Positions 10,177 through 20,435 of a stretch of 64,000 bases of DNA are shown here, in pieces. The stretch covers positions 1,344,001 to 1,408,000 of the forward strand of contig CBDCWG010000012.1 of assembly GCA_965223345.1 (NCBI GenBank), in the 5' to 3' direction. The stretch is from Nitrospinales bacterium (GTDB lineage Bacteria; Nitrospinota; Nitrospinia; Nitrospinales; VA-1). Every line of letters begins with the position of its first letter. The stretch's first letter is position 1. The notes under the pieces are model-generated. The model was not told where the DNA came from, made no database searches, and saw only the letters and a list, made by a program, of their open reading frames with translations. A program made the translations under genes and the position numbers.

Positions 10177-11213
10177 AACCGATTCTGCATCCCAGACTGG
10201 TGAACGATCGCTTCGGCGACCCGGGCCTGCTCGTGCAGTTTCTGTTCGAGAGACGGGCGCTGCTGTTCGATCTGGGGGACATCTCCGCCCTGCCCAACAG
10301 CACGCTGCTCAAGGTCAGCCACGTGTTCGTCAGCCACACGCACATCGATCATTTTTACGGTTTCGACCACCTGCTGCGCATGGTGTTCGGCCGCGGCAAG
10401 ACGCTGACGCTGTACGGTCCGGAAAACTTCATCGCCAACGTCGAGGGGAAGCTCAAGGGCTTCACCTGGAACCTGGTGGACCGCTACACGCAGTCGATCA
10501 CCATCGAAGCGGTGGAGGTGCACGCCGACCATCTGCGCAAAGCGGTGTTCCGCGCTGCCGACAAGTTCGGGCGCACACAGGAGGAACGGCTTCCTTTCGC
10601 GGACGGCGTTCTGCTGGAGGAGCCCACGTTTTTCGTGCGCGCGGCGATTCTGGAACACCGGGTCCCCTGCCTGGGGTTTGCGCTGGAAGAAAAAAAGCAC
10701 GTGAACGTGAACAAGGACCGGCTCACAGCGATGCAGGTCGCCGCCGGCCCCTGGTTGAACGAACTGAAACGGCTTATCTGCGAAGAGACGCCGGACGCGT
10801 TTGCCATCCGCGTTCCCCTGAGCGGCAACGGCGAGAAGCGGTACCGGGAGATGACGCTGGGCGAGCTGAAAGACGATCTGTTCACCGTCAGTGACGGTCA
10901 GAAAATCGCCTACGTGGTGGACACGGTGTTCAACGATGCGAACAACCGGCGCATCGTCGATCTGGTGCGCGGGGCGGACCTGTTTTTCTGCGAGTCGCCG
11001 TTTCTCGCGGACGAAGTCGAGCGCGCACGCGACCGCTGCCACCTCACCTCGAGGCAGGCAGGGCTGCTCGCCCGGCAGGCCGGGGTCCGCAAGCTGCAGA
11101 CCTTTCATTTTTCGCCCAAGCATTCCGGCGAGCAGGACCGGCTTGACCGCGAAGCGCAGGAAGCGTTCCGCGAGGGCGGAACCGCCGCGTCCGGATGGAC
11201 CGCGTCCCCTTGA
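10173..11213 (+). CDS. Ribonuclease Z-like metallo-beta-lactamase-fold hydrolase
   Basis: LFDLG, SHTHIDH, LEH, VDT, HLT and HFSPKH motifs; GTG start overlaps the prfB stop (GTGA). Confidence 0.8.
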   Translation: MKPILHPRLVNDRFGDPGLLVQFLFERRALLFDLGDISALPNSTLLKVSHVFVSHTHIDHFYGFDHLLRMVFGRGKTLTLYGPENFIANVEGKLKGFTWNLVDRYTQSITIEAVEVHADHLRKAVFRAADKFGRTQEERLPFADGVLLEEPTFFVRAAILEHRVPCLGFALEEKKHVNVNKDRLTAMQVAAGPWLNELKRLICEETPDAFAIRVPLSGNGEKRYREMTLGELKDDLFTVSDGQKIAYVVDTVFNDANNRRIVDLVRGADLFFCESPFLADEVERARDRCHLTSRQAGLLARQAGVRKLQTFHFSPKHSGEQDRLDREAQEAFREGGTAASGWTASP

Positions 11214-11294
11214 ATGTCGGGACGCGCGGTGTTTTTCTTTAGCTGAGATCTGCAGAAGGTCTGTTTTTATCCTCCCCTTTTTTGGAGTCCATCC

Positions 11295-11993
11295 ATGCCC
11301 TCCGAAGCGGGTGAATCGAAACCGCGGCTTTCTTTTCCGGCGTTTTTCTTCATCAAGCTCAAGCAGATTGTGTTTCCCGGGTCGCAGCCGTTCTGGGAAT
11401 CCCGCTATGCGGCCGGCGGCAATTCGGGAAACGGGTCGTACGGTGCACTCGCTGATTTCAAGGCGGAGGTGATCAACGGGTTTGTGGAGAAAAAACAGAT
11501 TCGCACGGTGGTGGAATTCGGTTGCGGCGACGGCAATCAATTGCGCCTCGGCCGCTATCCCCAATACACCGGGCTCGATGTTTCCGCATCCGCCATTGCC
11601 CGCTGCCGGGACCGGTTCTGTGAGGACGCGACGAAAAGTTTTTTCCTCTACAGCCCGGATCATTTCGTCGATCGCAACGGCCTGTTCCGTGCGGAGCTCG
11701 CGCTCTCCCTGGATGTCGTGTATCACTTGGTGGAGGCCCCGGTTTTCGAAACCTACATGGCGCATCTGTTCGGCGCGGCGGAAAAATACGTGATCGTCTA
11801 CTCCAGCAACGTGGAGCAATCCGGAGGCATGCGGGCGAAGCATGTGCGGCACCGGCACTTCAGCCGGTTTGTGGAGGACCGGTTTGCAGACTGGCGTCTG
11901 ATCGAAACGATCCCCAACCGGATCACCGGTCCCGCAAACAGCGAAAAACGTCCCAGCATCGATTTTTTTATCTTCGAGTTCTGTCCCTCCTGA
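11295..11993 (+). CDS. Class I SAM-dependent methyltransferase
   Basis: VEFGCGDG motif I, YTGLDVS. Confidence 0.8.
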   Translation: MPSEAGESKPRLSFPAFFFIKLKQIVFPGSQPFWESRYAAGGNSGNGSYGALADFKAEVINGFVEKKQIRTVVEFGCGDGNQLRLGRYPQYTGLDVSASAIARCRDRFCEDATKSFFLYSPDHFVDRNGLFRAELALSLDVVYHLVEAPVFETYMAHLFGAAEKYVIVYSSNVEQSGGMRAKHVRHRHFSRFVEDRFADWRLIETIPNRITGPANSEKRPSIDFFIFEFCPS

Positions 11994-12032
11994 ACCATCG
12001 GGGACGCGTGAATCCCGTCTCCTGGTAAACGG

Positions 12033-13526
12033 ATGCTTGTTGTCGATTTTGGATCCCTGCTGATCCTCACTTATATCTTTACCGCACGCCTGAGAGAGGT
12101 GCGTCCGGTTGCGGAACGGGCGGCGCTGGCGTTCGCTTTGGCGCTGGGGCTCAAAAGCCTGATGGTGTATGCGCTCATCGTTCTGGGTGTGCGCCCGGAC
12201 CGGTGGGTTCAGACGAGCTTCAGCATCGCCGCCTTGTATGGCGGCGCGCTCTGGGTCTGGCTGCGCAAACGCAGCCCGAGCGCACCCACCCCCGTGTGTG
12301 GCAACCCGTCGCCGGTTTCATGGCTTCCTTTCACGATTCTGAGTTCGCTGGTGCTGTTGAGTCTCGTCAACGCCCTGTATTTCCCGATCGCGGAGGTGGA
12401 CGGCATCTGGTATCAACTGCGGGGAAAGGTGTTTTTCCATGAGGTGCGGTTCGATTCGGACACCCTGAACGCCCAGTTTCGCCAGTACCCGCCGATGGTG
12501 CCGCTACTGCACGCGACTCTCTACGCATTCGACATCGCCGGCGCAAAAATTTTGTTTCCCTTGCTGTACCTTTGCCTTCTGATCCTGTTTTTTTTCGGGT
12601 TGGAGCGGTTGTCCAAGAGCCGCAAACAGTCCGCGGTGTTCACGCTGATCCTGGCGAGCACGCCGTATTTCTGGTGGCACAGCACGCTGCCGTTTCTGGA
12701 TCTGACCACCGCGTTTTATTTTTCCATCGGCGCGCTGTACTGGTTTTCTCTTATTCAAAAAGAAGGAGAGGCTGATTGCGCGACCGCGCGGCTGAGCGGG
12801 CTGTTTTTCGGGCTGGCCGCCTGGAACCGGCCCGAGTTTTTGCTGTACGGGTTCATCCCGCTTGCGATCTGGATTTTCGTTTTGCACCGCGATGAAACCC
12901 TGGGTTTGCAGGAACGCCGCCGCCTGCTGTGGGCGTTCGCATTGCCCCTGCTCGCCCTCCCGACGCTCTGGCTGGGCACGCTGCTCGGATTCGAATCCGC
13001 GCTCGAACGGCGTATTCCCGCTCTCGCCGCCGCCTGTGCCGCGCAATGGCTGGGGGTGGGGATTGTGTCCTGCACGCGGTTGCCGCTCGAGCGGCTGCGG
13101 CCGGGATGGATGGCCGTGGCGGGGTTTCTGCTGTTTTTGACGGTGATCGTTTTTTTCGGGCCGCAGTCCGTGTCCGCCGGCAAGGCGCTGGCAATCGCGT
13201 TCAGCCGCACGCTTTCCGTGCAGATTTTTTATTCGTTCAGCGTGTTCCTGGTGCTGCTGCTGTGGCTGGAACGAGGGGCGGCCTGGCCGCCGTCTTTGCG
13301 ATGGCTGGGGATGTTTCTGATCGCGTATCTCGGCGTGCATTTCATGTTGTTTGCCTATTCGGAACCGCGCTGGACCGAGATGGGCGCGTTCGTGGAGGCG
13401 ACCTTTCGATCCCCCGGCAACTCGGTCAACCTCTCGGACACGCGCGGGATGATGGCGTGGTACCCGGTGTTCCTGTTTTTCATTTCCCGTTTTGCGAGCG
13501 TGAGGAGGGCTTTCGATGCGGCATGA
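12033..13526 (+). CDS. Polytopic membrane protein, probable GT-C (ArnT/PMT-like) glycosyltransferase
   Basis: More than 10 TM segments; D in the first loop, YPP motif, conserved D and W-N-R-P-E segment. Confidence 0.6.
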   Translation: MLVVDFGSLLILTYIFTARLREVRPVAERAALAFALALGLKSLMVYALIVLGVRPDRWVQTSFSIAALYGGALWVWLRKRSPSAPTPVCGNPSPVSWLPFTILSSLVLLSLVNALYFPIAEVDGIWYQLRGKVFFHEVRFDSDTLNAQFRQYPPMVPLLHATLYAFDIAGAKILFPLLYLCLLILFFFGLERLSKSRKQSAVFTLILASTPYFWWHSTLPFLDLTTAFYFSIGALYWFSLIQKEGEADCATARLSGLFFGLAAWNRPEFLLYGFIPLAIWIFVLHRDETLGLQERRRLLWAFALPLLALPTLWLGTLLGFESALERRIPALAAACAAQWLGVGIVSCTRLPLERLRPGWMAVAGFLLFLTVIVFFGPQSVSAGKALAIAFSRTLSVQIFYSFSVFLVLLLWLERGAAWPPSLRWLGMFLIAYLGVHFMLFAYSEPRWTEMGAFVEATFRSPGNSVNLSDTRGMMAWYPVFLFFISRFASVRRAFDAA

Positions 13527-14025
13527 AGGCCGAGCGGTGCGCCGGTTTCTGTATGCTGTGATCGCGGGCAATCTTATCGTACTTGCGGGCATCTTCATCC
13601 TGCCGCGGCTGGTGTTCATGACCGAGCATGGGAGCATCCCGCACGCACAGAGACTGGAGACATCCGGCCCCTCGGACATGCCCAACCAGTTTGCGGATGT
13701 GTACCGGCGTTTTCTGAAAATCCGCGGACACATCCCGTTGTCCGCGCGCGTGTTCGTGCCGCCCAAGGAGGGACCGCGCGGCACGGTGCGCGCGCCGATG
13801 CTGCAGATGCTGTATCCGAGACAAGTTCATTTCGCGGACGACGCCGATTTTGCAGAACAAAAAGAGCGCGCTCTGCGAACGGGAGAAAAAATCTATATCG
13901 TCTTCGATGCGGAACGGACTGCCGCAGAATGCGGCCAGGACCCGCTGTTCAGGGACGGGCGCTCGGGATGGGGGGTGTGCCGTCTTGCGGGGCGGGCTGA
14001 CGGGGAACGAGCAGCAGGTTTCTAA
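13516..14025 (+). CDS. Hypothetical protein with N-terminal TM anchor
   Basis: Overlaps the previous stop; single hydrophobic segment. Confidence 0.55.
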   Translation: MRHEGRAVRRFLYAVIAGNLIVLAGIFILPRLVFMTEHGSIPHAQRLETSGPSDMPNQFADVYRRFLKIRGHIPLSARVFVPPKEGPRGTVRAPMLQMLYPRQVHFADDADFAEQKERALRTGEKIYIVFDAERTAAECGQDPLFRDGRSGWGVCRLAGRADGERAAGF

Positions 14026-14944
14026 AGCAGAACGCCAGAACGAACGCCGTCAACCACTCGAACAGGCGATCGACCACGGTGGCGACGAGGCCCGCCTGGA
14101 AACCGGTTCCGATGAGGTTCGCTAAAAATCCCACCGCCAGTTCCCGCGAGCCGAGGTCGCTCTGCAACAGCGGCAGCACCCGTACGAACACCATGGCCGT
14201 CGAGAATAAAATGCAGGCGACGAGGCCAGTGTTCACGCCGACCACACTGCAGGCCAGATACAGGCGCAACGCACCGGCCAGGACTAGGGTGACATTGTAA
14301 GCGCACAAAGTCTGGAACAACGGCCGGTTCTTCAGCAGCCTGTCGAGCGAGTCCAGGGCCTGAGAAAGGGCCTGGGACAGGCGGGAACGGCCTGGTGTGA
14401 AACGAAACGTGCGTCGTTTCATCAGAAATAGCAGCGTGGCGATGACAAAAAAAACGGCGGCGGCCCAGCCGAACGGTTGCCCCAATTGTAAGGAAAGATA
14501 CAGGGACGCGACGCCGGCCGTCAACGCGTTGATGAATAAAATGATCAGGTGATCTGCGCCGAGGGTGCCGATGAAACGCGAATAGGAAAAACCGTGCCTT
14601 CGTTTCAAATGATTGGACACGGTGAGCGAGCCGGATTTGAAAAGCAGGCAGTTCAACGCAAAGGAAATGGAGGCCAGGCCGAATCCCTCTTTTGCCTGCA
14701 GGCGGATGCCGTGCGCGTCGAGGATGCGCCTGAGCTTGAGACCGTTGACCGCGATGCCGAGAACGACGAGGGCGATCAATCCCAGAGCTTGAGCGGCGGA
14801 GATGCCGCGCAGCAGGCGCCAGTCCTCGCGGTAGTGGTAGAGGAAATAGCCGAGGAGGACGGCGAACGCGGTGGTGACGAGGACGCCCAGCCAGCGCGGT
14901 CTCCAAGAGGGGGACGCGGATGCGGTGGGCGTTTCAGTTTTCAT
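13949..14944 (-). CDS. Lysylphosphatidylglycerol synthase TM-like (UPF0104) flippase-type membrane protein
   Basis: About 8 TM segments; LGSRE…DRL C-terminal pattern. Confidence 0.7.
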   Translation of the reverse strand: MKTETPTASASPSWRPRWLGVLVTTAFAVLLGYFLYHYREDWRLLRGISAAQALGLIALVVLGIAVNGLKLRRILDAHGIRLQAKEGFGLASISFALNCLLFKSGSLTVSNHLKRRHGFSYSRFIGTLGADHLIILFINALTAGVASLYLSLQLGQPFGWAAAVFFVIATLLFLMKRRTFRFTPGRSRLSQALSQALDSLDRLLKNRPLFQTLCAYNVTLVLAGALRLYLACSVVGVNTGLVACILFSTAMVFVRVLPLLQSDLGSRELAVGFLANLIGTGFQAGLVATVVDRLFEWLTAFVLAFCFRNLLLVPRQPAPQDGTPPIPSARP

Positions 14945-16040
14945 GGAACGGTTTCAATGAGTCGAGGATGATGCCGGTGGGCGAACACGCGTCTGTGAGC
15001 GGCGCTCTTCTGAAATCCGGATAGCGGCGCACGAAATCGTCGATGATCGCTTTGTCGAAGCGCGACAGCACCACGTTTTCTCCCAGACCCTCGCTCCGTT
15101 CGGTTTCCTCGCGCAGCAGCAGGCAGGGGACGCCCATGTAAAAGCTCTCTTCCTGATTGCTGCCGCCGTCGCTGACGATGAACTGCGTTTTGCGGATCAT
15201 GCGGTTGAAAGCAAAAAAATCCAGCCGCGGCAACAGCTCGATGTCCGGTGTGCCCGCCAGCCGGTCGTACAGGCCGAATCTTTTCAGAGCGACGCGTGTG
15301 GGCGGGTGCAGTATGAAGCGGAGCGGCAGGGTCTGCGCGATGCCGGCGATGCAGTCCACGGCTTTGTGCAGCGTCCGCTGGCGCGAGATGGTTTCATAGC
15401 GGTGCAGGGTGACGAGTGCGAATTTCTCCCGGGATGCTTCCGCTGCCGCCGGCCCGCCGTTTCTATCGGCGGCCAGCCGCAGGGCATCGAGCAGGGTGTT
15501 GAACCGGGTGTGGTGGATTTCTTTGTGGTACGGTTCGACGTTTTCAACGGCCCTGGCGTCCTGACAGAAGAAGATGTCGATCACGCCCAGCCGCGAAGCG
15601 AGGACGCGGGTCAGCTCTTCTGGAAACGGTCTGAAGAAATTGAAGGAACGCAGCCCCGCCTCGATCTGCGCGACTTTCAGGCCCTGGAACTTGGCCAGCA
15701 ATCCACCCAGCAGCAGGGGCGGCGCGTCTCCGTGTATCAGCACCACGCCGTTTTTATCGCCTTTGAAAATTTCCTGCCGCCGCCGCCAGCCTCCGGCCAG
15801 CACCTTGAGGGACCAGACGATCATCTCCCGGGTGCGCGTGATGTCCTTCCCCCAGTCTTCCAGCACGGTGTCGGGCGGTTTGACGCCGAACTGATCGAGA
15901 ATCTCCTGCAGCGTTTCCTTGTGCTGGGCGAGCAGGATGAAGTTGTAGGGGATGCCGCGGTCCTGCAGGCCTCTGAGGACGGGGGCCATCTTGATGGCCT
16001 GTGCGCGGGTTCCCAGGATCGCGTGAATCATGGCGGTCAC
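14934..16040 (-). CDS. UDP-N-acetylglucosamine 2-epimerase family protein
   Basis: GTRAQAIK, HGD, EAGLRS, PEE, TLHR, DGGSNQEE and ETER motifs (divergent WecB-like). Confidence 0.85.
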   Translation of the reverse strand: MTAMIHAILGTRAQAIKMAPVLRGLQDRGIPYNFILLAQHKETLQEILDQFGVKPPDTVLEDWGKDITRTREMIVWSLKVLAGGWRRRQEIFKGDKNGVVLIHGDAPPLLLGGLLAKFQGLKVAQIEAGLRSFNFFRPFPEELTRVLASRLGVIDIFFCQDARAVENVEPYHKEIHHTRFNTLLDALRLAADRNGGPAAAEASREKFALVTLHRYETISRQRTLHKAVDCIAGIAQTLPLRFILHPPTRVALKRFGLYDRLAGTPDIELLPRLDFFAFNRMIRKTQFIVSDGGSNQEESFYMGVPCLLLREETERSEGLGENVVLSRFDKAIIDDFVRRYPDFRRAPLTDACSPTGIILDSLKPFHEN

Positions 16041-16993
16041 AAAAGGTGTTCTTCGGATTCGAGTTCGGTTTTTTTGATGCGCACCTGAATGTCTTCCAAA
16101 AGCTGGCGGTTGATGGCGATCAGTTCGGCGGCGATGCCCATCATGATGATCTGAAAACCGACGATGAGCAGGATGGCGGACAGGATGAGGGATTGCACAT
16201 GACCCTCGGTGCGTCCCTGAAAGAAAAAAAACAGGTAACGGCAGCCGATGGCGAAGCCGGTGAGAAACGACGCGCCGCCGGCCAGCGTGAACACCTTGAG
16301 CGGCTTGTACATGGAATACACTTTGATCAGCGTGACCAGGGTCCGCAGCAGGTAGACGCGGATACTGGGAAACAGCCTCGACTCGCGCAGCTTGCGGTTG
16401 GTGCGCACCGGCACGTGGGCGATGGCCAGATTTTTCTTGCCGGCGCTGATGATGGTCTCGACGGTGTAGGTGAAATCCGAGACCACGTTGAGTTCCAGCG
16501 CCGCCTGGCGGGAATAGGCGCGGAAGCCGCTGGTGGCGTCGGGAACTTGGGTGCCGGAAAGCTGGCGCACCACCCAGCTGCCGAATTTCTGCAGCCAGAT
16601 TTTGAGCGGGGAAAAATGCAGGATCGTCTCGACCCGCCGGTCGCCGATGACGAGGTCGGCCCGTCCTTCCAGGATCGGCCGGATCAGCGCGGGGATGTCG
16701 CCTGCGTGGTACTGGTTGTCCGCATCGGTGTTGACGATGATGTCCGCGCCCAGTTTCAGGGCGTGGTTGATCCCGTAATTGAAGGCTTTGGCCAGTCCCT
16801 TGTTGCTGGTGAAGCGGAGGATGTGATCCACGCGGCAGCGGCGCGCCACCTCGACGGTGCGATCGCTGCTGCCGTCATCGATGATCAGGGTTTCGATGAC
16901 GTCGATGCCCTCGATGTGCCGCGGCAGGTCGCGCAGCGTGTCCGGCAGGGTGTCTTCCTCGTTCAGGCAGGGGATCTGTATGATGAGTTTCAC
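16037..16993 (-). CDS. GT2 polyprenol-phosphate glycosyltransferase (DPM1/GtrB-like, two C-terminal TM)
   Basis: IPCLNEE, DDGSSD, TDADNQY and DATSGFRA motifs. Confidence 0.9.
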   Translation of the reverse strand: MKLIIQIPCLNEEDTLPDTLRDLPRHIEGIDVIETLIIDDGSSDRTVEVARRCRVDHILRFTSNKGLAKAFNYGINHALKLGADIIVNTDADNQYHAGDIPALIRPILEGRADLVIGDRRVETILHFSPLKIWLQKFGSWVVRQLSGTQVPDATSGFRAYSRQAALELNVVSDFTYTVETIISAGKKNLAIAHVPVRTNRKLRESRLFPSIRVYLLRTLVTLIKVYSMYKPLKVFTLAGGASFLTGFAIGCRYLFFFFQGRTEGHVQSLILSAILLIVGFQIIMMGIAAELIAINRQLLEDIQVRIKKTELESEEHLL

Positions 16994-18690
16994 GATGGCG
17001 AGGGCTCCCGCTGCAGGCGAAACACGGTCACCGTGTTCGCGGAATCGTGGGAACGGAATCGATGCAGCTGCACATCGTAGGCGTTGTTGATACGCGCCGC
17101 AGCGATGTCGGTCGGGATCTCCCGGTACGGATGGCGGTCGAGGATCGATCTCAGAACGCGGGACACCGCATCCCCGGGCGGCGCGCTGCGAAAGCCGATG
17201 CGGTCGCCGCGCAGGATGATCCAGTCCGGCCGGTGCTGCTCGTTGAGCGTGTCGTTGGAGAAGACGCGCATTCCGGTGTGGAACGCCAGCGCTTCCGGCT
17301 CGTTGTCAATATAGCACGTTTCTCCGGGGCGCCCGTTGATTTTAAGAAATTCCACGATGGCGTCCAAGGGGCCGCGGTAGGGATGAAGCAGTTCGCGGCC
17401 GTAGCGCTGCAGCGACGAATTGATTGAAACTTCTCTTTGGAACGTGCGCGCTGCGTAGTTCAGGTAAACATCGTTGCGGATCCAGCGCGCCTCGGGCGAG
17501 AAAAATGGCTTGAGCGGGAGAAGCGGCGCGACGTGCAGGACATTGGAGACGATCAGCACCGCCGCAACTGCCGATCGAACGAGCCTGCCGCCGGGCAGGC
17601 ATTCGATCACCACGACCGCGAGCAGGAAAAACAACAGAGGCAGCGCCGCGGCGACGTACTGGTGCAGGGGAATCGAATGCAGGGACCCCGTCGCAAACAC
17701 GGCGGCGATGACGATCCCGCAAAGCCGCACCGGATCGGCAGGGTGGCGGGGGGAGTGCAGCCACAAAAACGGCAGCAGGATGAACGGGAAAAAATAATTG
17801 TTGGCCTGAAAGAGGAACGCCGCGAAGTGCTTGAGCCAGCCCCAGGCGGAGGTGTCGATGAGATCGCTGGTCGCATGGTAGAAGGCGGCGACGTGGGTGA
17901 ATACGGGGAAGATGAATGCCATCCACGGAACGCTGAAGGCGGCGACGACGAGCGCGCTGAGCCCGATTTTTCTCCACGTCTCCGCGGCGACGGCTCTTCT
18001 GTGGATGAAGCTGTGCAGCAGCAGGCCCAGGATCACACCGGCGAACTCGACGTACATGGTGTGGAAGTACACAATGGCGGTCACGGTGAAAGGCCACGGG
18101 TTCCATTTTTTCCGCTCGAAGATCTGCGTGTAGCAATAAAGCAGGACCGGTGTGAAGAGGATGGGCAGGGTGATGTAGCGGGCCGTGCGGAAATAGAGCA
18201 GGGCAGGCACCGAGCAGGCCAGAAACAGCGCCGCCGTGAAGGCAATGGATTTGCGGCCGCTCCATTTGAGCGCCAGAAAGTACAGGGCGATCACCGACAG
18301 CACACCGGCCAGCGCAAACGGCAGGCGGGCCGCGAAGGCGGTGTTTCCGAACAGAGCCAGCGAAGCGGCCTGCAGGTAATAGGGCACCCAGGTCCGGTAG
18401 ACGAAAAGCCCCTCGCGCACATCCGCAAACAGCATGGTGGTGTTGGTTCCGTCGCTGTGCTGCGGCAGGCCGCTTTTTAAAATGGTTGTGCTGATGAAGG
18501 TGTCCGCGCCTTCATCCGTCTGCAGGACGTTTTCTCCGAGGCCGGAAAAAATCAGCAGGGCGGCGCAGGGGATCAGAAACCACAAGGCGGGGTGGGCGGT
18601 GAGAACGGCGCGCAACCGGGACAACCAGCCGTGGCCTAAGGAAGCACGGGCCGGCAAAGAAACCGTGGCGTTTTTTGCGCTGTATTCCAA
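16990..18690 (-). CDS. GT-C (ArnT/GT39-like) membrane glycosyltransferase
   Basis: DE in the first loop, FAARLP, TARY motifs, many TM segments. Confidence 0.75.
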   Translation of the reverse strand: MEYSAKNATVSLPARASLGHGWLSRLRAVLTAHPALWFLIPCAALLIFSGLGENVLQTDEGADTFISTTILKSGLPQHSDGTNTTMLFADVREGLFVYRTWVPYYLQAASLALFGNTAFAARLPFALAGVLSVIALYFLALKWSGRKSIAFTAALFLACSVPALLYFRTARYITLPILFTPVLLYCYTQIFERKKWNPWPFTVTAIVYFHTMYVEFAGVILGLLLHSFIHRRAVAAETWRKIGLSALVVAAFSVPWMAFIFPVFTHVAAFYHATSDLIDTSAWGWLKHFAAFLFQANNYFFPFILLPFLWLHSPRHPADPVRLCGIVIAAVFATGSLHSIPLHQYVAAALPLLFFLLAVVVIECLPGGRLVRSAVAAVLIVSNVLHVAPLLPLKPFFSPEARWIRNDVYLNYAARTFQREVSINSSLQRYGRELLHPYRGPLDAIVEFLKINGRPGETCYIDNEPEALAFHTGMRVFSNDTLNEQHRPDWIILRGDRIGFRSAPPGDAVSRVLRSILDRHPYREIPTDIAAARINNAYDVQLHRFRSHDSANTVTVFRLQREPSPS

Positions 18691-18701
18691 ACAGAAACCC
18701 T

Positions 18702-19505
18702 ATGTTATCATTGGTCCCGGACTCATTAGCTGTATCGGACGATCGATCCCGCACCTTTATCCCGGACCTTCCCTTGAGCCTGGAATCTCCCAATCTATCC
18801 GTCGTGGTTCTGGCCTACCGCAGCGCCGACACCCTGCCGGATTTCGTCCAATCTCTCAAAAACTTGCTGGAAGAAAACGATCCGGATTGGGAGATGATCC
18901 TGGTGGGCAATTTCATCGAGGACTCCGGCGATCCGACGCCGGATGTGGTGCGCCGGCTGGCGGACGCGCATGCCAAAATCCGGGCTCTGACGGAGGTGAA
19001 GCGGGGAATGATGGGCTGGGACATGCGCAGCGGTCTTAAGGCGGCGAACGGCAAGGTGATCGCGGTGATCGACGGGGACGGGCAGATGCCCGCGGAAGAT
19101 GTGGTCCGGGTGTACCGGCTGCTCATCGAGAACGGTCTGGACTTCGCCAAAACCTTCCGGGTGCAGCGGGACGACGGCCCCTACCGGAAAATCATTTCCG
19201 GGGTTTACAATCTCTTATTCGGGATTCTGTTTCCCGGCATGGGCTGCAGGGACATCAATTCCAAACCCAAGTTGATGACGCGCGCGGCCTACCGGAAGCT
19301 GAATCTGACCTCAAACGGCTGGTTCATCGACGCGGAGATCATGATCCAGGCGCGGCGGTTCGGTTTTAAAATCGGTGAAATCGAAACGGTGTTTCACGAA
19401 ATCGATTCGAGACCTTCATTTGTGCGGCCGCTGTCGATCCTCGAATTCATGGCCAACCTGATCTGGTTTCGCATCCTCGAATTCTTCCGTTCTTCCAAAA
19501 ACTAA
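18702..19505 (+). CDS. Glycosyltransferase family 2 (DPM1-like)
   Basis: LSVVVLAY, IDGDGQ, RDIN and WFIDAE motifs; start uncertain. Confidence 0.85.
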   Translation: MLSLVPDSLAVSDDRSRTFIPDLPLSLESPNLSVVVLAYRSADTLPDFVQSLKNLLEENDPDWEMILVGNFIEDSGDPTPDVVRRLADAHAKIRALTEVKRGMMGWDMRSGLKAANGKVIAVIDGDGQMPAEDVVRVYRLLIENGLDFAKTFRVQRDDGPYRKIISGVYNLLFGILFPGMGCRDINSKPKLMTRAAYRKLNLTSNGWFIDAEIMIQARRFGFKIGEIETVFHEIDSRPSFVRPLSILEFMANLIWFRILEFFRSSKN

Positions 19506-19560
19506 AACAGGCGAGGACGACAAACGCAATGCAGGGAGAGTCGCGAATGGGTGGATTTGC

Positions 19561-20427
19561 ATGAGAGTACTGGTCACCGGCGCTTCCGGCGGGCTGGGGG
19601 GGCGGCTGCTGCCGGCGTTGAGCGCTGTGGCGGAAGTGCGGGCCCTGGTGCACAAAAAGCCGGTGGCGCTTGCCGATGTCGAGTCGGTTGCAGGCGATCT
19701 GGCCGACCTGGAGTCGTTGCAGGCAGCGACGGCCGGGGTGGACCGGGTGCTGCACCTTGCCGCGCAGACCAACACGCACCGCGAACAGGAATATTTTGAC
19801 GTCAACGTCAAAGGCACCGAAAATCTGCTCACCGCCTGCACGCAAAACGGTATTTCGCGGTTCGTGTTCATGAGTTCCGGCGCCGCGCATGCGGACGGCG
19901 GCGCGTATTCTCAAAGCAAGCTGGAAGCGGAAGCGCGGGTGCGTGCGTGGCCGGGCGAGTGGGTCATCCTGCGCGCGCGCGAGGTGTACGGTCCGGACAT
20001 GACGGAGGGCCTGGCCAAGCTGACCGGCTGGATCGAAAAATTCGGTGCGGTTCCGGTGATCGGCGACGGCAAATACAGGCTGAGCCCGGTGCATGTGGAC
20101 GATGTGGTGGACGCGACGGTGCAGGCGGTGATGCGCGACGGAATCGCCAAAGAGACGATCACACTGGCGGGGCCGGAATCGCTGAATTTCAACACGCTGG
20201 TGGATCGGCTGGCAGCGCTCAAGGGCAAGCGGCCGAAAAAAATATACGTGCCCGCGGCGCTGATGCGCATCGCCGCGAGGCTGCTGTCCACGCTCGGGGT
20301 TTCGGTTCTGGTTCCCGATCAGGTGGCGCGGCTTCTGTGCGACAAGCCTTGCGACAATTCAGCGGCGCGGCGCCTTCTGGATTTCAATCCGCGCACTCTG
20401 GAGGAAGGTCTGCGCGCGCCGCTGTGA
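19561..20427 (+). CDS. NAD-dependent epimerase/dehydratase (extended SDR)
   Basis: VTGASGGLG, YSQSK and VYGP motifs. Confidence 0.88.
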   Translation: MRVLVTGASGGLGGRLLPALSAVAEVRALVHKKPVALADVESVAGDLADLESLQAATAGVDRVLHLAAQTNTHREQEYFDVNVKGTENLLTACTQNGISRFVFMSSGAAHADGGAYSQSKLEAEARVRAWPGEWVILRAREVYGPDMTEGLAKLTGWIEKFGAVPVIGDGKYRLSPVHVDDVVDATVQAVMRDGIAKETITLAGPESLNFNTLVDRLAALKGKRPKKIYVPAALMRIAARLLSTLGVSVLVPDQVARLLCDKPCDNSAARRLLDFNPRTLEEGLRAPL

Positions 20428-20435
20428 GCGGTACG

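Noticed and set aside
12587..16231. Other 8-nt homopolymers in glycosylation genes as phase-variable sites
   Set aside because: All are in frame and encode Phe runs typical of TM helices
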